Shown one piece after another: positions 12,839 to 25,574 of a DNA stretch of 60,000 nt (position 1 is the stretch's first letter; each line of letters opens with the position of its first letter). The DNA lies in the NCBI GenBank assembly GCA_038087875.1, contig CM075996.1, positions 994,001 to 1,054,000 on the forward strand, in the 5' to 3' direction. Source of the DNA: Malacoraja senta. Its lineage: Eukaryota. A program made the position numbers and the translations under genes. A model generated the notes under the pieces. The model was given only the letters and a program-made list of their open reading frames with translations. It did not search any database and was not told the origin of the DNA.

Positions 12839-13303
12839 TTTAATATTATACTAGACCAAGTGCAGACCTGTTGGGTCTGGTCCCCGAAAGTGCTTCACAC
12901 CCCGGGGTGTTGTTCCCGAACGTGCTTCAGACCCCTGGGTGAAAATCGAGGAAAAAAATATGGCGTCGTTTTCGGAAAAAATCTGAGAAAATCGGCAAAA
13001 AAAGGTGGCGTCGTTTTCGGAGAAAATCGGCGGAAAAAGAAATCGGCGAAAAAAAGATCGGAGAAAATCGAGTGGGGGTGGGGATGGATTTTATTAAAAA
13101 ACGTGTACATAAATACGACCGAATTTAATCAGGAGTGGCTATTCGTAAAGATAAATGTCATCTCTTTGGAAATGGTCAAAAACTTGGGCCTTTCCGCGCG
13201 CTATGTGGGCCTGGGGCGGTATCAAAGGGGATTTGGTGGCAGACGGAGGTCAGGCGGACACAAGTCAGGCAGCCACAGAGTTTTATATAATAAGATAGAT
13301 AGA
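12230..13303 (-). mobile_element. Three nested non-autonomous Helitrons (inner 12851-13295, middle 12324-13299, outer from the gap to 13303)
   Basis: Minus-strand 3' CTAG ends at 12324 and 12851, the latter with GACC-tgttg-GGTC hairpin; stacked 5' TC ends read on + as ...AAGA-TAGA-TAGA; outer 5' part matches 56697-56790. Confidence 0.8.
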
Positions 13304-13389
13304 TATATATATGTAGTAGATATAGATATAGATAGATATAGATATTATATATGTGTGTACTTGTGAGCATGTGTGTGTACACTTGAACT

Positions 13390-14506
13390 ATGTTTACTTT
13401 TGTGTTGTGCTGCAGCAAGTAAGAATGTCATTGTTCTATCTGGGACGTATGACAATGAAACACTCCTGACTCTTGACTCTGCTTCCATTTTACTCATAGA
13501 GTCACACAGAGTGGAGTCAGGCCCAACTTGCCCACACCGACCAACATGCCCCCTCTACACTCGTCCCACCTGCCTGAGGTCAACTCCTATCCCTCTAAAC
13601 CTATCCTCTCCATTTACTTCCTGAAGATAAACAAATTCTCATCAACTTGAAACTTCTCGTAAACTTGAAACAGATCAGTAATGCAATTAATGAAAGTTTT
13701 CAATTACAAAATTATGCAAAATTCAATAGCATTAATCACAATGTCTCCTAGATAAATCATTTCACTTGGTAACAGGGCTAAACTGTACACAGTTCCTGGG
13801 CTGGTAGATGCAAGGATCGGCAATATCTGATCCATTACCGCTCCAAGTGGTCCATTCTTTTCCCAGAGAAGAAAATGAGAATTAAAGGGAGAGTGAAATA
13901 GGCATGGAAATGGCAAGTTATTGAAACGCCACTCAGAACCACAATAGACAATCGGTTCAGGAGTAGGCCATTCGGCCCTTCGAGTCAGCACCACCATTCA
14001 ATGTGATCATGGCTGATCACACTGATCAGAACCAACTCCAGAGGCTTGTCTCAATGGCAACCTCGATCCACCACTAGCCAAGAAGTGGTCTCACTGTCAG
14101 TCGAGTGGGTAGGCAGCATATCCTATGCCTAAACGCCAGCTTCAACATTAGCCCTGGTTTAAGTCTGTGACCTTTCTCCTTTTTATCTTTGTTCTCTTGG
14201 CTTCCAAAACTCACTGCTTCTCACATCCCTATCCTTTCCCAAACATTGGCATCTATGCTATTACTAGCCTTCGCCCAATAGTCTGGAGTTCTCCCCTCAC
14301 CTCTCTGCACTTCTGCCTGCAGCTAGTTGAACAGCTGCCAGCAACTCAGCTTCTGGCCTGTCTTGTTGAAGCTTGTTGCGTGAAGATAGATGCCTTCAAC
14401 ACCATCCTGTCCACCGACTAGGACCTTTCATGGAAGCATGCACCTGTACTCGCAGGTCTCTGTTCTTCAACACTCTCCAGAGCTCTTCCATAAGCCTTTC
14501 AGTAAG
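13390..14506. repeat. Local duplicate of 19198-20336
   Basis: Collinear, high-identity direct copy ~5.8 kb away, including unique exon sequence. Confidence 0.95.
13618..13862 (-). pseudogene. Duplicated copy of the DUF4347-like exon 19448-19692, with an in-frame stop
   Basis: EKNGPLGAVMDQILPILAST...IEFCIIL* (TAT>TAA); same GTAAAT donor and broken acceptor as the other copy. Confidence 0.75.
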
Positions 14507-14986
14507 CAGTTTATTTATTGCAGGCAGAGAGTTTATTTAAAGGATTCGTTGGCAATAATAGATGAATTGCTGCCTCCAATGACAAACTTTAATTCTGTTT
14601 CTTCCTGTATAGAGGCTACCTGACTTACCAAGAATCTGCTGTTATTTGTGATTATATTTCAGAATTCCTGCACCTGCAGCATTTTATTTTTTAACAACTT
14701 AGCTACGCTGCAGGATTCAGGCTGGCTCGGCAAAACCAAGCCCATTGTCAGCTCACGAGGGGTCAACCATTGAAGGCAGAGGGCAGGAGATGTTTCTTCA
14801 CCCAGAGGGCGAGTCTGTTTGGAACTGGTGACTGGAGTATGGTTGTAAGGTTAAACGCTAGATTATTGAAGACTGACACCTCTGGGATTCTGAGCAGGGA
14901 AGGGAATCGAGGAGAGTGGTGCAGAGGTGAAAGGTCTCTTGGATACATGTATAGGTGACGTTATGGTTCGAGACTCTTCTTCAGAC

Positions 14987-15050
14987 AATGGAGGTCCTTG
15001 CCCCCTTGTGACAAGGCTCATGGTTGTAACAGACATAATATTCCAGCTCA
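14987..15050 (-). pseudogene. Probable terminal exon, ELEYYVCYNHEPCHKG
   Basis: Acceptor CCCTTTTTGCTGCAG; phase-2 frame gives an L..Y.C.....C saposin/Canopy-like end. Confidence 0.45.
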
Positions 15051-15744
15051 CTGCAGCAAAAAGGGCCTTTGTTGAATGATAAAATAACATGGCACAGAAA
15101 CAGGCCCTGCTCAACCGTCACCCACACCCACTGCGGTGCCTCTCAGCGCTAATTCCATTGACACGTGACACACACATATCCCTTCCTGTCCAAATGCCTT
15201 TTAAACATTGCAATTGTTTCCGACTCCACAACTTCCCCAGGCAGCTCGTTCCAAATATTCATCACCCTCTGTGTGAAGAACATTCTCCCTCACATCTCCT
15301 TTATATTATCTCCTCTCATCTTCAATCTCTAGTTTTAGGCTCCACCGTCTGGGAAATTGATCCTCTCTGGACTATATGTGGATTAGTTATCCCTTATATA
15401 CATCCCAAATGATTTTATAAATTTCTCTAAAGTTACCATTTAGTTTCCTACCATCCAGTGAGAATAAATGCAGTCTATCCAAACTCTCCTTTTAACTTGT
15501 GCCCTGTAGTTTAGACAACATTCTGGTGAATCTCTTCTGCACCCTTTCTGTTGCTACCAGATCCTTCCTGTAGTGTGATGGCCAAAACTGTACACAACAC
15601 CCAAAGTGTAGTCAGACCTACATTTTATACAACTGCATGACATTCACACTCATACTCAATGCCTCCAATAATGAAGGCAAATAACGCTTCACCACCCTAT
15701 CTAATTTGTTTTGTTACTTTCAGGAAGCTATAGACTTGCACTCC

Positions 15745-16280
15745 AAAGTCAAGTCAAGTCAAGTGTCAAGTGAGTTTATTGTCATGTGTCCCTGGTAGGA
15801 CAATGAAATTTGCTTTGCTTCAGCACAACAGAACATAGTAGGCATTTACTACAAGGCATTCTATAAATATATACACAATGGTCAATATATTGATAAAGTG
15901 CAAATAGCAGTATTGGCTAATAAAGTTCAGTGTTATGTCTGAGCCAGGTTTAATAGCCTGATGGCTGTGGGGAAGTAGCTGTTCCTGAACCTGGTCGTTG
16001 CAGTCTTCAGGCTCCTGTACCTTCTACCTGAAGGTAGTAGGGAGATGAGTGTGTGGCCAGGATGGTGTGGGTCCTTGATGATGATGCCAGCCTTTTTGAG
16101 GCAGCGACTGTGGTAGATCCCCTCGATGGAAGGGAGGTCAGAGCCGATGATGGACTGGGCAGTGTTTACTACTTTTTGTAGTCTTTTCCTCTCCAGGGCA
16201 CTCAAGTTGCCGAACCAAGCCACGATGCAACCGGTCAGCATGCTCTCTACTGTGCACCTGTAGAAGTTAGACAGAGTCTC
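15745..16280 (-). mobile_element. Rex1/Babar LINE 3' fragment
   Basis: LSNFYRCTVESMLTGCIVAWFGN...LLPSGRRYRSLKTATTRFRNSYFPTAIRLLN; (CTTGA)n tail. Confidence 0.9.
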
Positions 16281-16394
16281 TCTGTCTCCATGCAGTATGA
16301 CCATGACTATGAATCTATGACAGGCTTGAGGGGTCAAGTGGCCACCTCCTGCTTCTGTTTTATGTTTTAATATTCTTTGTTTATGTGTCCAAAC

Positions 16395-16655
16395 CTGCCA
16401 TCGTGTTGAACTCCTTCTCAAATCTCGTCTCCATCATCCCTGGTCTGAGGAGAACTCTCTCCATATTACTGACCATTGTCACAGAGGGTCTGAGCAGGCA
16501 ATCCCTGTGGACCTCATCACCTCCTCTCATCTTTCCCAAACCATCACATGCAGAGCTGGAGATGATCTTGTGGCAAGGTTTACAGGTCATCACAGGAGCA
16601 GGGAGAAGTGAGGAGTTCCAGAATGAAGGTATTACATGGGACACAAAGCTTGACA
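16395..16655 (-). pseudogene. Cys-rich exon (261 nt; saposin-like frame VKLCVPCNTFILELL... has stops)
   Basis: Strong acceptor TTCTTCTTTCTAACCTTTTATAG; weak donor GTTTGG; frame ambiguous (the alternative frame is open, with TCKPCHK). Confidence 0.5.
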
Positions 16656-16795
16656 CTATAAAAGGTTAGAAAGAAGAAGAAATGCCTTAGACCACATTTA
16701 AGTACAAAATTATTGTTATAGAGAGGGCATCAACAGTTTATTTAACAACCTCTTATGACAGAGACTAATTTTAGCTGGGAGATCAGAGTGCTCAC

Positions 16796-16978
16796 TTGCT
16801 TCTGTAATAACAGTGACTAAATATAACTCTCTAAACTTCAACATGGACACTGTGTCCGATCCTTCAAGATGCAGATGGCAATCTTCATTTGGTCACTTGT
16901 CTTCATGACTCCTCCTTTGGGCTTGGGCTCATCTCACTCAGCACCACGAGCTCACTCAGTCTTCCTCTATAAAAGTTG
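16796..16978 (-). pseudogene. Exon, DUF4347-like C-terminal half (NFYRGRLSELVVLSEM...HLHLEGSDTVSMLKFRELYL)
   Basis: Acceptor TTTGTTTAG, donor GTGAGC; phase-2 start joins the upstream exon end AA to give AAC; internal frameshift and stops. Confidence 0.6.
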
Positions 16979-17850
16979 CTAAACAAATGCAAGACACTGT
17001 GTGTAGGAAAGAACTGCAGATCCTGTGCCAACAGTCCAGCAGCACCCTCCAATGTTAGATCCAGCACTTCCCAAGGATCTGCCTTCATCCCATTGCCATC
17101 TCGTCATCTTTATTTACGCTGAAACACAGCCGAGAGAAGGGCAGATCGCTTAAACTCTTTAAGTGCCTGACCGCCCAATTTAATTAATGAATTGGTTTTT
17201 AAACTTTAGTGATCTTTCTGTGGATTCAAAATGAAAAAAACATGAGAATCTAGTTCCGAGTGTTTCGAGTTGCGGGTCGCTGTGCAGGCATGTACTGTCA
17301 CAGGAAAGCACTGGTCATTGCTATGGTGCTACAGAGTGGAGCTGAAAGGTGAGAGCTATGTTTTACTGATGCAGCAGCGAAGGGATTAAGTTCTTGGACG
17401 GCGATCAGAGGTGGGAGCCATTCATCCAGAGTTCATATCTCACCATGACAGGTGGGAATTTAGATTCAAGTAACGAAATCGATCTGGAATACAGTGTGAG
17501 TTTCAGTAACAGCGACCATAAACGTCCAAAACTGTCATCGAAAAGGAAGGTCAGGTCCATTATTGCCTTTTACAGAAGGAAATCTGCCATATTTATCCAG
17601 TCGATCATCAGATCCACACATCTGGTTGACTCTTAGCGGCCCCCTGACACGGCCCGGGGACAAACAGCTGCATCTCATCAACAAATGAGTAAAGGAGATA
17701 GCATGGATAAAAAGGCTGAATGGCCCCCTGCATTCATGACTTTACGAGTGAAGTTTGGGTGGTGAAATGAACTCATGATACACAAGAGCCGGAGCAGAAA
17801 CGGTCACCCAGTCCAGCCTTTGTTTATGCATGATGTATCTCCACTGACAC

Positions 17851-18026
17851 ACCAGCTGACCAGGTAGTGGGCACGCCAGCTGTCCAGGTAGTGGGCACGC
17901 CACCTGACCAGGTAGTGGGCACGCCACCTGACCAGGTAGTGGGCACGCCAGCTGACCAGGTAGTGGGCACGCCACCTGACCAGGTAGTGGGCACGCCACC
18001 TGACCAGGTAGTGGGCACGCCACCTG
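17851..18026. repeat. 24-bp minisatellite CCA(C/G)CTGACCAGGTAGTGGGCACG, ~7 copies
   Basis: Direct tandem copies. Confidence 0.95.
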
Positions 18027-18639
18027 GTGATGCATGACTGGCCACCATGCAGTGCCTTGGGGACTTGAAGATGCTAAGCAAATGCAAGACATACTTTTGA
18101 TTCCAGTGCAAGCAATCCAATATTTGGAAAACGCTTTGTGATAGAAACATAGACAATGGCAGGAGTAGGCCATTCAGCCCTTCGAGCCAGCACCGCCATT
18201 CAATATGATCATGGCTGATCATCCTAAATCAGTACCCCGTTCCTGCTTTCTCTCCATATCCCTTGATTCTATTAGCCTAAGAGCTATATCTAACTCTATC
18301 TTGAAAACATTCAGTGAATTGGCCTCCACTGCCTTCTGTGACAGAGAATTCCAAGGATTCACAACTCTCTGGGTGAAAAAGTGTTTCCTCGTCCAGTGCT
18401 AAATGGCCTAACCCATGTCTTAAACTGTGACCCCTGGTTCTGGACTCACCCAACATGGAAGGCAGTATCTCATCTCACACCCAGGTTCAGGAACAGCTAC
18501 TTCCCCACAGCCGTCAGACTATTAAACACTACAACCTGAAATAAACTCTCAACTTCAATAGACTTTTATTATTATTATTATTATTATTGCACTACTATTG
18601 TTTGTTTTTTGAGTATGTGTGTATGTATGTATATATATA

Positions 18640-18870
18640 CTAGACCGTGCAGACCCGTTGGGTCTTCTCCCCCAATGCAACATTCCACCACTCACCCATT
18701 CCCTCATCGCAATATTGCACCACTCACGCATAGCCCCCAACTGCGCAGGCGCGGCTCATTACTCCTCATCCCCCAGCACTCCCTCCTCCTCCTCTTCACC
18801 CTCCCTCTTTAATCCCGAGAGAGGGAGGGGGTGTAGAGGGGGAGGGTTGGTAGAGGGAGGGGGTAGAGAG
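18640..18870 (-). mobile_element. Truncated Helitron 3' end inside a (TA)n tract
   Basis: A|CTAG on + followed by the perfect hairpin GACCC-gtt-GGGTC. Confidence 0.65.
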
Positions 18871-19150
<280 letters not shown>

Positions 19151-19447
19151 CATTGAACTTTTTTTCTCTCTCATTTACCATATTGTCTACAGTGTTCTAT
19201 GTTTACATATTGTTTTGTGCTGCAGCAAGTAAGAATGTCATTGTTCTATCTGGGACATATGAGAATGAAACACTCTTGACTCTTCCATCCTTGATTGTAT
19301 TGTTCTCTCTCTGCTTGTATTTTACTCATAGTCATACAGCGTGGAGTCAGGCCCAACTTGCCCACACCGACCAACATGCCCCCTCCACACTTGTCCCACC
19401 TGCCTGAGGTCAGCTCCTATCCCTCTGAACCTATCCTCTCCATTTAC

Positions 19448-19692
19448 TTCCTGAATATAAATAATTTCTCATCAACTCGAAACTTCTTGTAAACTTGAAA
19501 CAGATCAGTAATGCAATTAATGAAAGTTTTCAAATACAATATTATGCAAAGTTCAATAGCATTAATCACAATGTCTCCTAGATAAATCCTTTCACTTGGT
19601 AACAGGGCCAAACTGTACACAGTTCCTGGGCTGGTAGATGCAAGGATCAGCAATATCTGATCCATTACCGCTCCAAGTGGCCCATTCTTTTC
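19448..19692 (-). pseudogene. Open exon, DUF4347-like core (EKNGPLGAVMDQILLILASTSPGTVYSLALLPSERIYLGDIVINAIEL...DEKLFIFR)
   Basis: 245 nt, phase 0 to 2, no stops; donor GTAAAT; polypyrimidine tract ends in GG instead of AG (an in-frame AG lies 6 nt downstream). Confidence 0.7.
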
Positions 19693-20779
19693 CCAGAGAA
19701 GAAAATGAGAATTAAAGGGAGAGTGAAATAGGCATGGAAATGGCAAGTTATTGAAACGCCACTCAGAACCACAATAGACAATCGGTTCAGGAGTAGGCCA
19801 TTCGGCCGTTCGAGTCAGCACCACCATTCAATGTGATCATGGCTGATCACTCTGATCAGAACCAACTCCAGAGGCTTGTCTCAATGGCAACCTCGATCCA
19901 CCACTAGCCAAGAAGTGGTCTCACTGTCAGTCGAGTGGGTAGGCAGCATATCCTATGCCTAAACGCCAGCTTCAACATTAGCCCTGGTTTAAGTCTGTGA
20001 CCTTTCTCCTTTTTATCTTTGTTCTCTTGGCTTCCAAAACTCACTGCTTCTCACATCTCTATCCTTTCCCAAACATTGGCATCTATGCTATTACTAGCCT
20101 TCGCCCAATAGTCTGGAGTTCTCCCCTCACCTCTCTGCACTTCTGCCTGCAGCTAGTTGAACTGCTGCCAGCAACTCAGCTTCTGGCCTGTCTTGTTGAA
20201 GCTTGTTGCGTGAAGATAGATGCCTTCAACACCACCCTGTCCACCGACTAGGCACTTTCATGGAAGCATGCACCTGTACTCGCAGATCTCTGTTCTTCAA
20301 CACTCTCCAGAGCTCTTCCATAAGCCTTTCTGTAAGTTCTCTATAGTGTGGGGCCTTGGCAATACTCAAGGGTCTGCACATATCATGGCTGTCAGTTAAT
20401 TACCCCACTGGTCCTCCAGCGCTCTCTCCCCCCTCCCCCCCTCCCCACCCCAACATTATGGTAGTTTTGGTCACAGATTTCCCCTGTGGCAATGTGGAAC
20501 TCTCAATCCACGATTGTCTTCCATTCCAGATGAATTAGCTGCTGGACATCCTGCTCCTGTTCAGCAATCTACGCCTTGTTCTTCTCAGGAACAAAGCCAA
20601 GCCTTGTCAAAGATGCCAATTATAGTGGACTGCCGTGCATACACTGTGGCTCCCGTTGGCTGGAACCACGTGGTCGGGCAAGAGCTATTGATGCGGTCTG
20701 AGAGAATTTCAACACTAATTTTCTTGCTGCACGCTCTGCTGAAACTCGTTTTGGAGCCAGGTTAGAACAGAACTCAGTC

Positions 20780-22540
20780 ATTGAGCCATACAGCACGGAA
20801 ACAGGCCCTTCAGCCCAATTTGCCCATGCCGACCAATAAATAGAACAGTAAAGGACAGGAACAGGCCCTTCACCCATAATATCCTCGCCAACCATGATGC
20901 CAAGACTAACTCTTATTTACCTGCACACAATTCATAAAGCTCGGTTCCTTGCATATCCATGCACCTATCCAAAAGTCTCTTAAATCCCACTAATGTATTT
21001 GCTTCCAATACCACGCCTGGCAGCCCACTGCCGGCACTCACCTTCCTCTGCACCGCACATTTCTTTTAAATGTTCTCCCTTTCACCTGAAAGCATCTACC
21101 TCAACTATCTCCTCCAGCAGCTCGTTCCATATACCCACCACCCTCTGCATGAAAAACCTGTCCCTCAGTTTCCTATTAAATCTTTCTCCTCTCACCTTAA
21201 ACAGCTCTTTATTTCCCTACCCTGGGAGAGAGACACTGTGCATTCAACAGTCTGTCCCTCTGTGATGCCACCTTCAGGGAACTCCTCGAACCCTCTGCTC
21301 CCCAACGCTCCTCAACACTCCCCAGGGCCTTATTGTTCTCTGAGAAAGTCCCGTCCTGGGTGAACTTCCCAAAATTGCAGCATCTCACACTTATCTGAAC
21401 TTAACTTAATTTGCCATTTCTCGGCCCATTTGATGAAAATACAACATGGCCTTGATTTCTGCAAATGCCTGACTCACGACTGTCTGAAGACAGTAACATG
21501 CAGGATGTATCTGAGAACCTGGAGACCATGGAAGGCATGCACGCAGACATCTCTCCCACCTCACCCTCTCATCTGCTGCCCGCTGCTGAGAGAGTTTGTA
21601 GGTTCCACACTAGCCTCATCAGTCGCTGTGGAACTCACACAACCACAACAGCAACGAGTCCCGATCTCAAAGGATGGAATGAGAAGAAAATATCACAACA
21701 AGTCAGCAACCATGACTTTGTCATTTGGGAGGATATTTCTGGAAATAGCTTGTAGTTTCCTGTGGTTCAGGATGCCTGGTGTGGTGTCCGGTAGAGGCTG
21801 GATCAGAAGCTAAAACTGTCAGCACCACTGCTCCACCAGTCACTCACATAGAACAGAGAACAGCACAGCACAGGAACAGGCCCGTCAGCCACCAGGAAGA
21901 CAAATTCATTTAACTCCATATCCCTCCGTTTCGTGCCCATTCATGTGCCTGGCTAATTGCCTCAAACAGTATTATCGTATCTGCTTCCACCACCTCCCAT
22001 GGCAGCGCGTAGCAGGCGGCCATTGCTCTCTACGTATACATCTGGCCCCTCACATCTCCTTTAAACTCTCCCCCTCCCACCTTACTGTGCTCCCTAGTAT
22101 TTGACATTGACATCCTGAGAGAAAGGTTCTGACTGTCTCCCCTATCTTTCCTCTCATCATTTTATTTACTTCTTTCAGCTGAACCCACAACTTCTGGCAT
22201 TTCCTCCCCCTGTAGCTAATATCCTCTATTCCAGGCAGCATTCCGGGAAACCTCCTCTGCACCCTCTCCAAAGCCTCCATATCCTTCCTGTAATGTTGGC
22301 GACCACAACTGCACACAATACTTCAAATGCAGCCTGACCAGGGTCCTATAATGCTGCACCGTGACTTCCTGACTGATACCCACTGATGAAGACAAGCATG
22401 CCCTACGCCAACTTTACCACCCTAAGTTGTCACTTTCAGGCAGTTATGGACGAGTGCCCAAAGATCGCTCTGCACATCAATGCTCGTCAGGGTCCTGACA
22501 TTTACTGCATACGCTCCCCTGATATTTGACCACCAAAAGC
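20780..22540 (-). mobile_element. Two degenerate CR1 LINE fragments (~20780-21430, ~21850-22540)
   Basis: [19 protein letters not shown] motif; CR1 3' tails. Confidence 0.75.
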
Positions 22541-23079
22541 AATCAGGAAGTTGTGGGTTTAAGATCCACTCCAGGACATGAACACATCACATGACTGCAT
22601 GCACCTTGATGGGTGTCATCTTCCAAAAGAGGTCTTGCATCCACGATCCACTCGTGTGCTTGTGAACAATTTCATGACGTTACCTCAATGAAGGGCAGGT
22701 ATGCAGACCAATATCATCACCAATGCAGATCATTTGGTCAACATTGTATGGCTGTTTCTGCAAGCTTGATGTGCACAATTTGGCTACCACATTTTCTGCA
22801 TGCATTTGTTGATTGTAAGATTGTTCGCTAAACTACCAGCATCTGAAAAGCACGATGCAAGTTATTTTTCTTGAAACATAGAGGAGGAAGTAGTTGGGTG
22901 GCCAAGATAGTAGGGAAATAACGAGCATGGCACCCTGTCTGAAATCAGCCCTCATGGTGAGGACAGACGGACAACTGGCAGACACATGATGAGTGAGACT
23001 ATGATGGAGAAGTTCCGCTCAACACTAAAATTAGTTCACTTTGACAGGGTCTCTGTTGAAAACAGGATGTAACTCTTGC

Positions 23080-23150
23080 CTGCCCAATATTGAAGATGGC
23101 CACTCCATTAATGTTTAGGAGTTTTTACTTGTTGGTGAAACCAGCATTCA
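23080..23150 (-). pseudogene. Short exon VNAGFTNK*KLLNINGVAIFNIGQ
   Basis: Acceptor CCTTCCTCCCCGTTTTACAG; donor GCAAGA; 71 nt, phase 1 to 0, bridging the flanking exons exactly; one TAA. Confidence 0.65.
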
Positions 23151-23452
23151 CTGTAAAACGGGGAGGAAGGATAAATGTTGTGCAGAGTCCGGACTCACAT
23201 CTATCCCACACCAGGTGCCCATGTTCGACCCCCAGCCCTCGTGCACAACACTAAGCCAACCATCCAGTGGTTTCACTATTAATGAGATTAGCTTTTGGTA
23301 AATTCAATTCACTTAATGATTTTAATTTAAAATCCATGAACTATAAAAAGGACCATAAAAGATACAAGTTCTTTCTTTATTCCCATTGCACAATAAGCAC
23401 TTCTGATTGTCGGGAATGAATCTCTGGCAGAAACAGGAACTTGGCCTCTAAC

Positions 23453-23616
23453 CCTGCAAGGACCATGCTGCCAACATATTACGGGCTTCCCTTTCAGTCC
23501 AGTGAATGCTGTATGCTTCTCTTCCAGAAGGTTCATGCTGAAGTTCAGCATAGAATGGCCCATTCCAGTGGAGACTGGCGATAAAGGCGTCTATTGTCAC
23601 AGACTTTATTTCATCT
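23453..23616 (-). pseudogene. Open exon DEIKSVTIDAFIASLHWNGPFYAELQHEPSGREAYSIHWTEREARNMLAAWSLQ
   Basis: Acceptor TTTCTGCCTCTCAG, donor GTTAGA; 164 nt, phase 2 to 1, no stops. Confidence 0.7.
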
Positions 23617-25404
23617 CTGAGAGGCAGAAACTGTATGTACAACATTTCATGTGCATCAGTAACAAATCCACCAAATCAATTTATTTTCCCTGCACTGATC
23701 AGAACAATTATCTGTTTAAGAATGAACTGCAGATGCTGGAAAAATCGAAGGTAGACAAAAAATGCTGGAGAAACTCAGCGAGTGAGGCAGCATCTATGGA
23801 GCGAAGGAATAGGCGACGTTTCGGGTCGAGACGTTGGTGCTGAAGAACAATTATCTGAATATCTTATGACTTTTTCAGGTATGTGTGTCAATAGTATCCT
23901 GGCTTGGATATATGTTGCTGTACATTTGCTGTGAAGATGGCGGCAGTCCTGTTGCAAGGGCAGTGAGTATTCTCCTCCTTCATCTGCTCAAGGGCGGTGG
24001 GGATGAGCAGTGAATGCTGGCTCTGGGGGAGACATGATAGGAATGAAGAGAGGACATCTCAAGGTGCTCTGCAGCCAATGATGTCCTTCAGAAGGGTTGA
24101 CTTGTAGAGAGAGAGCACAGCGCGCAATAACCATTCCATCCACTTTCAAACCTCAAACTATCTTTAACCAGACTTTACCTTGCACAAACGTGATTCCCTT
24201 TATCCTGTATCTGTACACTGTGGACGGCTTGATTGTAATCATGTAAGGCCTTTTAATCATGGAAGTCTTCTTCACTGACTGGAGAGCACGCAACAGAAAC
24301 GTTTTTCACTCTACCTCGGTACACATGACAATAATAAAACTAAACTCAGCACTTTAGTTCAGTCAGGATGATTGTCTAAGTATTACTACGTCAGTACACT
24401 TGTTAAATGTTGGCTATTTCATCCTTGGACGGAGCCCGCGGCTAACGGTCCCTGGGTCGACAGAGCCCGCGGCTGGGGTCTGGGTCGGCGCCACGGAGGC
24501 GTCTGGAGAGGACCCGGCGGCGATAGTGAAGAGGTCAGTGTGGCGGTCAATGATGGCGCCGACCGACGGACGGACGAGGACGGACACGTGGAAGTGAGGA
24601 TGCCGCTGCCGGGGGAAGGAACAAAGGTGGAGCCGGCGTGGGGGGGGCGGGGGGGGGACCACCATGAGGGAGGAGGGATGGGGGGAGAACAAAGGGGCTT
24701 GGCGCAGATACTTTGTATCTTTGTAAGCGCCCTTTATGGGCGATTATTTCCAACCTTGGGTGAGCAAGCAAAGAAGTTCACTGCTACTTGTCACATGACA
24801 ATGAAGTATTCATTCATTCATTCATTCATTCATTCATTCAGACGATGAAGAGAATATCGGAGACTGCATCCATGGCGATCGCCAGGCCAGGGGGGTGAGC
24901 GACAAATATCTCCACAGGTGATTCTTAGTTCCATTAAATGTTTATTACTCCAGAGTAATATTTAACCATAACTTACAAATTGTTTATTGATAGTTTGAAA
25001 AAAAATCACATCTTTATTTGCCTGAAGAAGGGCGTCAGCCCGAACCCCGCCTGTCCACCCCCCCCCCATAGATGCTGCCTGACCCACCGAGTTCCTCCAG
25101 CACTAATGTGTTTCGCTCACCATTTCTCACCTTTGCTCACCTATTTTCTATGTTTCTATGGGTTATTGATTGGGGACGATCAGCCATGATCACAATGAAT
25201 GGCGGTGCTGGCTCGAAGGGCCAAATGGCCTCCTCCTGCACCTATTTTCTATGTTTCTATTATCTGCAGTCTCTTGTGTCTCTCTGTGTTCCTCAGACAG
25301 CTGGTGTGTAATTGTGAACAGGACCGCAGGAGACACCGATTGCCATGACTCCACTTGAGAGGTATTCTTGGGACCAGGTCACTGATACATGCTTCAAATC
25401 TTAC

Positions 25405-25574
25405 TGCCCAGTTCCTTCATAAATATTGGGTCTCTTTATATTTAGATGGCATCCCAGCGAGAGGATTTAACTGCATGTTCTATATTTTCCCAGAACTTCC
25501 ACAGACAAGGGACGTGCCAGTGACAACTGAGACAGTTATCTTAGCCACAGAGAGGAAGTTTATAAATCAAGCTT
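25405..25574 (-). pseudogene. Exon with two frameshifts (FINFLSVAKIT / WKFWENIEHAV / GCHLNIKRPNIYEGTG)
   Basis: Acceptor TTTACTGCTCCAG, donor GTAAGA; the last frame ends in phase 2, matching the next exon. Confidence 0.55.

Noticed and set aside
20131..20345. Minus-strand donor with a Myb-like peptide
   Set aside because: Upstream part is a CR1 fragment (DLRVQVHASMKV); the rest is short and has a stop.
20530..20760. Plus-strand open exon-like segment (DELAAGHPAP...)
   Set aside because: No recognisable motif or partner exons; antisense to the pseudogene; weak donor.
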